Source of the DNA: a virus
Lineage: Duplodnaviria; Heunggongvirae; Uroviricota; Caudoviricetes
Length of the DNA: 45,498 nucleotides
IMG/VR virus record: IMGVR_UViG_2711768044_000004
Strand: one strand, 5' to 3'
Part shown: one piece after another, positions 38,182-45,498 of the stretch
How positions within the stretch are numbered: the first letter of the stretch is position 1
Layout: every line of letters starts with the position of its first letter
The notes under the pieces: generated by a model
Seen by the model: only the letters and a program-made list of their open reading frames with translations
Databases searched by the model: none
What the model was told of the DNA's origin: nothing
Made by a program: the position numbers and the translations under genes

Positions 38182-38607
38182 TTAATGCACCACAACAGCA
38201 TTACCTGGCTGACCACCACTGTTAGTCATGGTGCCCCAGGCAATCGCCACCGCGACAAAGTCATCCACATCCTTAACAAGCCTGTCCCGCCGTTCGACAA
38301 TATCCCGGTAATACTCAGAACTGTGACTGCGCATACGGGCCACCAGCAGAGGCGGCATTGCCTTTTCGATTGCCGGTAACAATGCCTGAATTTTCTCAAC
38401 AGCATCAGGAGTGTCTTTATCCAGCCAACGGAAAATCTTTTGGGTGTTGAGATAGAGCGCGTTGTGCCTGTCGTCGTTGTGCAACTCGGGATATGTCATC
38501 CCCAGTTCAAAATACGCTCTGGCAATAGCAGCAGCTGGCACCTTCTCACCGTCAGGATATGCCCACGCATTCATCGCCATGCGGATGTGTTCATGCTTGA
38601 TTTTCAT
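38182..38607 (-). CDS. YdaT-like protein (occupies the position of a CII-type regulator)
   Basis: 141 aa beginning MKIKHEHI..., as I recall for Rac-prophage YdaT. Confidence 0.5.
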   Translation of the reverse strand: MKIKHEHIRMAMNAWAYPDGEKVPAAAIARAYFELGMTYPELHNDDRHNALYLNTQKIFRWLDKDTPDAVEKIQALLPAIEKAMPPLLVARMRSHSSEYYRDIVERRDRLVKDVDDFVAVAIAWGTMTNSGGQPGNAVVVH

Positions 38608-38834
38608 GAATCATCTCCCTGAACAGAGATCGACTTACAATCAGCAGAGGGAATGGTAACCGTCGGTACATGTAACTCATACTTGAGCGCACCACCAGTG
38701 ACAGCCTGAATGAGCAGTGCCCATTTCCACGGAACATCCTCTTCCCACATGCTGACAGTGGTTTTTGACGTTCCTAGTGCTGAGGCCGTTTTAACAACAC
38801 CGCCAAAATATCCTAAAACTTCTGATTTTTTCAT
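38604..38834 (-). CDS. Cro-like repressor of the DicC/YdaS family
   Basis: 76 aa from MKKSEVL with a GGAG ribosome-binding site; divergent from the CI-like gene; LGYFGG...TGG.L.Y pattern resembles DicC. Confidence 0.6.
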   Translation of the reverse strand: MKKSEVLGYFGGVVKTASALGTSKTTVSMWEEDVPWKWALLIQAVTGGALKYELHVPTVTIPSADCKSISVQGDDS

Positions 38835-38925
38835 TGTTCGCTCCATAAAACTGAACGGACAAAGTTTAATAATCAAAACCAAAGAAAGTCAAGAAACAAA
38901 ACCTTTAGTGTTTTAAAATCGAAAC
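38835..38925. promoter_or_regulatory. Divergent promoter and operator region between the cro-like and CI-like genes
   Basis: AT-rich 91-bp spacer with an inverted repeat AAAAC-ctttagt-GTTTT. Confidence 0.4.
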
Positions 38926-39564
38926 ATGACTAAGCAAACAATATCTGAACGCATTACTCAGCGTATGCACGCGCTAAATCTGAAAGGAAAAGACCTTGTC
39001 AGCGCCACAGGCGCATCAAAAGGCTCTGTCAGTCAATGGATAAATGGTGGAGGCACGCCATCATCTCGCTACATAACTTCTCTAGCCAAGATCTTGAATG
39101 TAAGTGAAAATTGGCTCCTAAATGGAGGTGTGTTAAATATAAGTGAATCTCGTGATCTATCTTTACCACCAGTAAAAATGGTTCCGTTACTATCACTTCA
39201 GCAGGCAGCAAGCTGGAGTGATTATATGAAAAATACCTTAGCCCCCTCTAGTGTGCAGATTGCTGGCGAAATCCCTGCCAATGCCTTTGCAGTAGTTCTA
39301 GAAAGCGATAGTATGTCTGCCGCTGGCGGAAGTGTATCAATTCCTAATGGTTCAACTGTTTTTGTCGACCCAGATCGTACCGCACAACATGGTAATATTG
39401 TCCTAGCATTACCCAAAGGAACCTCTATTCCTGTCATTCGAAAACTGGAAATAGAAGGTCCTGATATTCTTTTAGTACCATCGAATCAACGCTACCCATC
39501 AATCATGCTAGATGATCTATCCTGCATTTTAGGTGTCTGCTTTAAAATTCAACAAGATATTTAA
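38926..39564 (+). CDS. CI-type repressor with N-terminal helix-turn-helix and C-terminal S24 (LexA-like) autopeptidase domain
   Basis: 212 aa; HTH-like LVSATGASKGSVSQWI; C-terminal DSM...RKL serine-lysine dyad pattern. Confidence 0.8.
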   Translation: MTKQTISERITQRMHALNLKGKDLVSATGASKGSVSQWINGGGTPSSRYITSLAKILNVSENWLLNGGVLNISESRDLSLPPVKMVPLLSLQQAASWSDYMKNTLAPSSVQIAGEIPANAFAVVLESDSMSAAGGSVSIPNGSTVFVDPDRTAQHGNIVLALPKGTSIPVIRKLEIEGPDILLVPSNQRYPSIMLDDLSCILGVCFKIQQDI

Positions 39565-39619
39565 CCCTCCTTAATTAACTGTACGCCATCATATTGATGG
39601 CTTAACAGCTGCCTGCCCA

Positions 39620-39669
39620 AAATGTTTAGCTAAAAAAACATTGACTCATTATGTTTGTTTTTCTAAACT
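39620..39669 (+). promoter_or_regulatory. Candidate promoter for the ydfA-dicB operon with an overlapping palindromic operator
   Basis: TTGACT, 17-nt spacer, TAAACT; inverted repeat AATGTTT-n8-AAACATT overlaps the -35. Confidence 0.4.
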
Positions 39670-39847
39670 TCGTTTTATACCCACCCCGCCCCACAGAACG
39701 CATGGCAATACTTCGAGTTACCAGGCAGTGGTCAGGGGTTAAGTAGCCAGCCCGAGGCGTAAGAACATGACGGCAGGGTTCAACTTTAATAACTATGCAG
39801 CAGGTTTTTGTTCCGCTACCCCGGCGTTAAGGGGAAATGAGGTCAGC

Positions 39848-40003
39848 ATGGATACTATCGATCTTGGCAACAACGAATCTCTGGTGTACGGCGTGTTTCC
39901 CAACCAGGACGGCACGTTCACCGCGATGACGTATACCAAAAGTAAAACGTTTAAAACCGAATCTGGCGCGCGTCGCTGGCTAGAAAGAAATCAAGGTGAG
40001 TGA
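39848..40003 (+). CDS. ydfA: YdfA-like small protein (51 aa)
   Basis: MDTIDLGNNESLVYGVFPNQDGTFTAMTYTKSKTFKTESGARRWLERNQGE matches my recollection of K-12 YdfA. Confidence 0.75.
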   Translation: MDTIDLGNNESLVYGVFPNQDGTFTAMTYTKSKTFKTESGARRWLERNQGE

Positions 40004-40004
40004 T

Positions 40005-40133
40005 ATGGATTTCAACACAGTCATGGAAAAGGCTTACGAAGAATACTTCGAAGGCCTTGCCGAAGGCGAAGAAGCTCTCAGCTTCAGTGAGTTTAAACAG
40101 GCGCTTTCCAGTTCGGCAAAATCTAATGGCTGA
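40005..40133 (+). CDS. ydfB: YdfB-like small protein (42 aa); not in the ORF track
   Basis: ATG 1 nt after the ydfA stop; MDFNTVMEKAYEEYFEGLAEGEEALSFSEFKQALSSSAKSNG. Confidence 0.75.
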   Translation: MDFNTVMEKAYEEYFEGLAEGEEALSFSEFKQALSSSAKSNG

Positions 40134-40162
40134 TAAGCGAAGCAGCACCGCGAGGAATCAGT

Positions 40163-40381
40163 ATGCAGAAACGAGAACCCGTCATCATCGCGCCAGACTA
40201 TACCGATGATGAACTTTATGAGTGGATGCGCCAGAAAATTAATGCAGCGCAAGACCTGAAATGGGCCAATGAAGCTAGGGCTAAGCAGGCTGAAAATCTG
40301 TCCGCTCTGGAGCAGGATATCACCAATCTGGAAAAAGCAGCGGCATTAAGCATTGCCAGAATGATTACATGCCAGCGTTAA
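40163..40381 (+). CDS. ydfC: YdfC-like protein (72 aa)
   Basis: MQKREPVIIAPDYTDDELYEWMRQKINAAQ... matches my recollection of K-12 YdfC. Confidence 0.8.
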   Translation: MQKREPVIIAPDYTDDELYEWMRQKINAAQDLKWANEARAKQAENLSALEQDITNLEKAAALSIARMITCQR

Positions 40382-40720
40382 TAGCTAACCAACGAGGCTA
40401 AGGTTGGTAATTAAGGAGTTCTCCACTGGTCAGGTGGAGTGCGTGCGCCGGACACGGGCGAACATCCGGCACAGACAGTTTACTGAAAGGATATTTCCCT
40501 GAAAAGTCAGACCATAACGCGAAAGCGCACGGCGAGGTAGCTGGTTCATAGATAGCCTGTCGTTAAATTTTCGTCGACCGTGCGCTTCCGGTTGTGGCAC
40601 TCCGCGAAATGGCGCGGCGGTAAGTATGGCGTGGTTATTCCTTCCCCGTTGAGACACCGGGTTGTCAGGTTGACCATACGCTTAAGTGACAACCCCGCTG
40701 CAACGCCCTCTGTTATCAAT

Positions 40721-40773
40721 TTTCTGGTGACGTTTGGCGGTATCAGTTTTACTCCGTGACTGCTCTGCCGCCG
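40721..40773 (+). ncRNA. dicF: DicF small RNA (translational inhibitor of ftsZ in K-12)
   Basis: tttctggtgacgtttggcggtatcagttttactccgtgactgctctgccgcc followed by a T-run; matches the DicF sequence as I remember it apart from about one base at the 3' end. Confidence 0.75.
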
Positions 40774-40947
40774 TTTTTAAAGTGAATTTTGTGATGCGGT
40801 GAATGCGGCTAAGCGCACGCGGAACAGTTAAAACCAAAAACAGTGTTATGGGTGGATTCTCTGTATCCGGCGTTAATTGTTAACTGGTTAACGTCACCTG
40901 GAGGCACCAGGCACCGCATCACAAAACTCATTGTTGAGGGCGCGATA

Positions 40948-41136
40948 ATGAAAACGTTATTACCAAACGTTAATACGTCTGAAGGTTGTTTTGAAATTGG
41001 TGTCACTATCAGTAATCCTGTATTTACTGAAGAGGCCATTAACAAAAGAAAACACGAACGGGAGTTATTAAATAAAGTATGCATTGTTTCAATGCTGGCC
41101 CGTTTACGTCTGATGCCAAAAGGATGTGCACAATGA
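40948..41136 (+). CDS. dicB: Cell division inhibitor DicB (62 aa)
   Basis: MKTLLPNVNTSEGCFEIGVTISNPVFTEEAINKRKHERELLNKVCIVSMLARLRLMPKGCAQ, near-identical to my recollection of K-12 DicB. Confidence 0.85.
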   Translation: MKTLLPNVNTSEGCFEIGVTISNPVFTEEAINKRKHERELLNKVCIVSMLARLRLMPKGCAQ

Positions 41137-41324
41137 ATCCAGTATTTGCACTTATTCTGACGGTTTTTCTTGTTTCCGGAGAGCCAGTTGATATTGCAGC
41201 CAGTGTTCACAGAACAATGCAGGAATGTATGGCAGCAGCAACCGAACAGAAAATTCCAGGCAACTGTTATCCGGTCGATAAAGTTATTCACCAGGATAAT
41301 AACGAAATCCCGGCAGGATTTTAA
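41133..41324 (+). CDS. ydfD: YdfD-like small membrane protein (63 aa), reported as a lysis protein in K-12
   Basis: MNPVFALILTVFLVSGEPVDIAASVHRTMQECMAAATEQKIPGNCYPVDKVIHQD...; ATG overlaps the dicB stop. Confidence 0.8.
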   Translation: MNPVFALILTVFLVSGEPVDIAASVHRTMQECMAAATEQKIPGNCYPVDKVIHQDNNEIPAGF

Positions 41325-41417
41325 AACAGCACCGTAATAAATATCCAGTTTCATTCTTATATGTCAGCAATGGCAGAGATTTGTTCACCCTTAAATCTGT
41401 GATGAGGTTTATCAATA

Positions 41418-43859
41418 ATGAGCACTGATAAAGAAGAATTTGCACTATATTGCGAAGCAAAAAATGACAAAGTAAGAAAACGCCTGGGAATTAAAGGTGG
41501 TTTTTACTGGACTACAGCAAAAAAATTATCTGTTGCAATCTCCCGCTGCATTACCGCAATGGATGACAACGATTATGATGAAGACGACTTTAAAAAACCC
41601 GTCCGCGTCAATTTGCCCGTTGTTGACGACCTTCCGCCAGAAGGCGTGTTTGATACTGAATTCTGCAACCGCTATGAAAAAGGCGGGAAAGATGGCATCA
41701 CAATGACATTTATCGGCCCTTCCCCCTCTGTTCAGGACAAATCAGCCAGCACTGATAATACCAACATCAACGGCGAAGACATGACTGAGATTGAGGAGAG
41801 CATGCTTCTGCCTGTCTCCGGTCAGGAACTGCCCATTCGTTGGCTTGCTCAACACGGCAGCGAAAAACCAGTAACGCACATTTCACGCGACGAACTCCAG
41901 GCATTACACATTGCACGGGCTGAAGAACTACCGGCTGTTACTGCCCTGGCTATTTCGCATAAAACCAGTCTGCTCGACTCGCTGGAGATTCGCGACCTCC
42001 ACAAACTGGTTCGTGACACTGACAAAGTTTTCCCTAATCCTGGTAATTCAGACCTGGGACTAATAACTGCTTTTTTCGAAGCATACCTGGACGCTGACTA
42101 CACTGATCGGGGTCTGCTGACAAAAGAGTGGATGAAAGGAAATCGTGTTTCACGCATCACCCGCACGGCTTCCGGTGCTAATGCTGGCGGTGGGAACAAA
42201 ACCGATCGCAATCCGAATTTAGTACACACCCTCGACACACTGGATGTGGAGATTGCAGCAGCCACACTTCCGATGGATTTTAATATTTATGAAATTCCGG
42301 GCAGCGTTTATCGTCGCGCAAAAGAAGTCGTCCTGAAAAAAGAAAGTCCGTTCAAAGAATGGTCCGCAGCACTTCGTGCAACCCCGGGTATTCTGGACTA
42401 TTCCCGCGCCGCTATTTTTGCACTTATCCGAAGCGTACACCCTGAATTTTATCACTACCCGGGACGCCTTCAGGGGTATATCAACGCCTATTTGACGGAA
42501 ACTGATCACGAGAACCCCAGCAAGGAAACTCTCACAGCTGCCAGGCATACGCCGGAAAAAGATATCCTGGAAGAAATTAACCGCGAGGTGGTTACTGAGC
42601 GTGAAACAGAAGAAGAAAAACCACAACCATCTGACGCAATGGCAGGTGAACAGGCAACAACTGAAACAATGGAACCGGATACAACTGAACATTGCCAGAA
42701 CGCGCAGTCGCTGGATGCTCAGTCGCAGGTGAGTTCCGCTAACCAAGTAAAAGTCACCGCTGACGAAGTAAACAAAATTATGCAGGCAGCCAATATCAGC
42801 CAGCCTGACGCCGATAAGTTACTTGCTGTATCGCGTGGTGAATTTGTTGAGGGGATTAGCGACCCTAATGATCCGAAATGGGTCAAGGGGATCCAGACTC
42901 GCGATTCTGTGAACCAGAACCAGCAAGAAACGGAACAGAACGACCAGAAAGCGGAACAAAACAGCCCAAATACGCAACAAAACGAGCCAGAAACGAAACA
43001 ACCTGAACCAGTAGTGCAACAGGAACCGGAAAAGATCTGCACCGCCTGCGGTCATAGCGGTGGCGGCAACTGCCCTGATTGTGGTGCGGTGATGGGTGAC
43101 GCAACATACCAGGAAATATTCGATGGAGAGAATCAGCCTGAAGTTCAGGAAAATGATCCGGAGGAAATGGAAGGCACTGCGCATCAGCACAAGGAGAACA
43201 CTGGCGGCAATCAGCATCATGCCAGCGATAGTGAAACTGGCGAGGCGTCAGATCCCTTAATTAAGGTGAACGGTCATCATAATCTCACATCCACCAGCAG
43301 AGCGGGGATTCATCTGATGATCGACCTTGAAACCATGGGAAAAAATCCCGATGCCCCGATTATCTCAATAGGTGCAATATTTTTCGATCCGCAAACCGGA
43401 GATATGGGACCGGAATTTAGTAAGACTATCGATCTGGAAACTGCTGGCGGAGTCATTGATCGGGACACCATTAAATGGTGGCTTAAACAATCACGCGAAG
43501 CGCAATCTGCCATTATGACCGATGAAATCCCGTTAGATGATGCACTGTTACAATTGCGGGAATTTATCGACGAAAACTCCGGTGAATTTTTTGTTCATGT
43601 CTGGGGAAATGGAGCCAACTTCGACAACACGATTTTGCGCCGCTCATACGAACGGCAGGGGATCCCCTGCCCGTGGCGTTACTACAACGATCGCGATGTA
43701 CGCACAATCGTTGAGCTGGGGAAAGCCATAGACTTCGATGCCATAACGGCTATTCCATTCGAAGGTGAGCGCCATAATGCACTTGATGACGCCCGTTACC
43801 AGGCAAAATACGTTTCAGCTATCTGGCAAAAACTGATCCCGAGTCAGGCTGATTCTTAA
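41418..43859 (+). CDS. Large prophage exonuclease: C-terminal DEDDh 3'-5' exonuclease domain, central zinc ribbon, acidic low-complexity linker
   Basis: 813 aa; C-terminal motifs HLMIDLETMG, HVWGNGANFD and HNALDDARYQ; CTACGHSGGGNCPDCG zinc ribbon; Gln/Glu-rich linker. Confidence 0.7.
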   Translation: MSTDKEEFALYCEAKNDKVRKRLGIKGGFYWTTAKKLSVAISRCITAMDDNDYDEDDFKKPVRVNLPVVDDLPPEGVFDTEFCNRYEKGGKDGITMTFIGPSPSVQDKSASTDNTNINGEDMTEIEESMLLPVSGQELPIRWLAQHGSEKPVTHISRDELQALHIARAEELPAVTALAISHKTSLLDSLEIRDLHKLVRDTDKVFPNPGNSDLGLITAFFEAYLDADYTDRGLLTKEWMKGNRVSRITRTASGANAGGGNKTDRNPNLVHTLDTLDVEIAAATLPMDFNIYEIPGSVYRRAKEVVLKKESPFKEWSAALRATPGILDYSRAAIFALIRSVHPEFYHYPGRLQGYINAYLTETDHENPSKETLTAARHTPEKDILEEINREVVTERETEEEKPQPSDAMAGEQATTETMEPDTTEHCQNAQSLDAQSQVSSANQVKVTADEVNKIMQAANISQPDADKLLAVSRGEFVEGISDPNDPKWVKGIQTRDSVNQNQQETEQNDQKAEQNSPNTQQNEPETKQPEPVVQQEPEKICTACGHSGGGNCPDCGAVMGDATYQEIFDGENQPEVQENDPEEMEGTAHQHKENTGGNQHHASDSETGEASDPLIKVNGHHNLTSTSRAGIHLMIDLETMGKNPDAPIISIGAIFFDPQTGDMGPEFSKTIDLETAGGVIDRDTIKWWLKQSREAQSAIMTDEIPLDDALLQLREFIDENSGEFFVHVWGNGANFDNTILRRSYERQGIPCPWRYYNDRDVRTIVELGKAIDFDAITAIPFEGERHNALDDARYQAKYVSAIWQKLIPSQADS

Positions 43860-43931
43860 TGTTCAACTGTCGCCGGTTGTGACTGGTATTCTGCAACCGG
43901 CGCTCGTCTGATGTAAGAGATAAAGAAATCG

Positions 43932-44183
43932 ATGAGCGAAGTAATCATGATTGTCTCTCCCGGCAAATGGGTATCCGAAGAGCAGTTAATTGCGCTGAAA
44001 GGAATAAAAAAAGGTACGTTAAAAAAGGCCCGGGAAAAATCGTTTATGGAAGGAAGGGAATATAAGCATGTCGCTCATGACGGTATGCCATGGGATAACA
44101 GTCCATGCTTTTACAACCTGGAAGAAATTGATCGCTGGATTGAGCGCCAGGCATCAGCAAGACCAAGACGTCATCTTACTTGA
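43932..44183 (+). CDS. Putative excisionase
   Basis: 83-aa ORF immediately upstream of the integrase. Confidence 0.55.
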   Translation: MSEVIMIVSPGKWVSEEQLIALKGIKKGTLKKAREKSFMEGREYKHVAHDGMPWDNSPCFYNLEEIDRWIERQASARPRRHLT

Positions 44184-44202
44184 CTAAAAGCCACACTAAC
44201 TA

Positions 44203-45498
44203 ATGAGAAAAGTTGAAATGAAATATCCGACAGGCGTGGAAAACCATGGAGGGAAATTACGTATCTGGTTTGTTTATAAAGGCGTAAGAGTCAGGGAAAA
44301 CCTGGGGGTTCCTGACACAGCAAAAAACAGGCGCGTTGCAGGTGAGCTACGCGCCTCTGTTTGTTACGCAATAAAAACTGGTGTTTTCGACTATGCAAAA
44401 CAGTTTCCCTCCTCACGCAATCTGGAAAAATTTGGTGAGGCCCGACAAGATTTAACCATAAAAGAACTGGCTGAAAAATTTCTGGCACTGAAAGAAACTG
44501 AAGTCGCCAAAACATCACTCAACACATACCGTGCCGTCATCAAAAATATCCTGAGCATAATCGGTGAAAAAAATCTTGCCTCATCGATTAATAAAGAAAA
44601 ATTACTGGAGGTTCGTAAAGAGCTACTGACTGGATACCAGATCCCCAAAAGTAACTATATTGTTACACAACCAGGGAGATCGGCTGTAACTGTAAATAAT
44701 TACATGACAAATCTTAACGCCGTGTTCCAGTTTGGTGTTGATAACGGTTACCTGCCAGATAATCCGTTTAAGGGGATCTCGCCATTAAAGGAATCAAGAA
44801 CCATTCCGGATCCTCTTTCGCGGGAGGAATTTATCCGTCTTATCGATGCGTGCAGAAATCAGCAAGCAAAAAATTTATGGTGTGTTTCTGTTTATACTGG
44901 CGTTCGCCCTGGTGAGCTGTGTGCACTTGGATGGGAGGACATAGATCTGAAAAATGGAACAATGATGATCAGGAGAAATTTAGCAAAAGACCGTTTCACG
45001 GTACCAAAAACACAGGCGGGAACCAATCGGGTCATTCATCTTATTAAGCCAGCAATCGACGCTCTCCGGAGTCAGATGACATTAACGAGACTGAGCAAAG
45101 AGCATATCATTGATGTTCACCTCAGAGAGTATGGCAGAACAGAAAAACAAAAATGCACCTTTGTTTTTCAACCTGAAGTGTCAGCGAGAGTAAAAAATTA
45201 TGGTGACCATTTTACCGTTGACTCAATAAGGCAGATGTGGGACGCAGCGATAAAACGTGCCGGACTCCGCCATCGAAAATCATATCAGTCGAGACATACT
45301 TATGCCTGCTGGTCGCTGACAGCTGGTGCTAACCCGGCATTTATAGCAAACCAGATGGGCCATGCAGATGCGCAAATGGTATTTCAGGTATACGGAAAAT
45401 GGATGTCTGAAAACAATAATGCACAGGTAGCTTTGTTAAATACACAGTTAAGCGAGTTTGCCCCAACCATGTCCCATAACGAAGCAATGAAAAATTAA
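44203..45498 (+). CDS. int: Tyrosine-recombinase integrase
   Basis: 431 aa; C-terminal catalytic-type residues (...RHTYACW... and ...VYGKW...); stop codon is the last three bases of the window. Confidence 0.9.
   Translation: MRKVEMKYPTGVENHGGKLRIWFVYKGVRVRENLGVPDTAKNRRVAGELRASVCYAIKTGVFDYAKQFPSSRNLEKFGEARQDLTIKELAEKFLALKETEVAKTSLNTYRAVIKNILSIIGEKNLASSINKEKLLEVRKELLTGYQIPKSNYIVTQPGRSAVTVNNYMTNLNAVFQFGVDNGYLPDNPFKGISPLKESRTIPDPLSREEFIRLIDACRNQQAKNLWCVSVYTGVRPGELCALGWEDIDLKNGTMMIRRNLAKDRFTVPKTQAGTNRVIHLIKPAIDALRSQMTLTRLSKEHIIDVHLREYGRTEKQKCTFVFQPEVSARVKNYGDHFTVDSIRQMWDAAIKRAGLRHRKSYQSRHTYACWSLTAGANPAFIANQMGHADAQMVFQVYGKWMSENNNAQVALLNTQLSEFAPTMSHNEAMKN

Larger units (their letters stand above)
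1300..45498. mobile_element. Lambdoid prophage, apparently intact, continuing past the right edge of the window; left boundary only approximate (between ydfJ and the tail fibre assembly gene)
   Basis: Collinear lambda-like gene order from tail fibres through tail, head, terminase, lysis, Q, nin region, replication, immunity, to excisionase and integrase; integrase stop codon is the last codon of the window. Confidence 0.9.

Noticed and set aside
38182-38834. Cro-like and YdaT-like pair considered as a toxin-antitoxin module
   Set aside because: Their position and orientation match the cro and cII slots of the lytic switch, so a regulatory role is the simpler reading.
40382-40720. Structured GC-rich segment between ydfC and dicF, considered as a possible retron non-coding RNA or riboswitch
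   Set aside because: No reverse transcriptase gene is nearby, and the segment is best explained as the precursor transcript from which DicF is processed; the 75-aa antisense ORF at 40430..40657 looks spurious.
1-45498. Looked for CRISPR arrays, insertion-sequence transposases, restriction endonucleases and reverse transcriptases
   Set aside because: No regularly spaced direct repeats with unique spacers, no transposase-like ORFs or terminal inverted repeats, and no endonuclease or reverse-transcriptase-like ORFs were seen; the only methyltransferase appears to be orphan.

Overview
This window is almost entirely one lambdoid prophage of about 44 kb in an Escherichia/Shigella-type chromosome, lying next to the MFS transporter gene ydfJ (1..1284, minus strand). 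From memory this is the locus of the cryptic Qin prophage in E. coli K-12, but here the element looks intact. All calls rest on reading the supplied six-frame translations and the DNA by eye; no database search or folding was run, and my hand-indexed coordinates for non-ORF features may be off by a few bases. Layout from left to right: tail fibre and lom genes (1931..4404), a lambda-like tail module J-I-K-L-M-H-T/G-V-U-Z (4537..15656), head and packaging genes including a protease-capsid fusion, portal, gpW-like protein and terminase (15659..22625), a candidate cos region, then a lysis cassette of Rz/Rz1, SAR-type endolysin and phage-21-type pinholin (23085..24821). Beyond that lies a late cargo region arranged like that of Shiga-toxin phages: NanS-p-like esterase, three tRNA genes, an orphan adenine methyltransferase, a tR'-like terminator and Q (25630..30546), but with no stx genes where they would normally sit. 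The rest is a nin-like region with rusA, a DUF968 protein and hok/mok (30543..36425), replication genes with in-gene iterons (36448..38160), an immunity region with a CI-type autocleavable repressor (38182..39564), the ydfA-ydfB-ydfC-dicF-dicB-ydfD operon, a large exonuclease, excisionase and integrase (39848..45498). The integrase ends at the last base, so the attachment site on that side is outside the window. I found no CRISPR array, no restriction-modification or reverse-transcriptase system, and no toxin gene. The most interesting items are the empty toxin slot, a possible type I toxin-antitoxin-like module at 25305..25614, and two small unassigned gene clusters.
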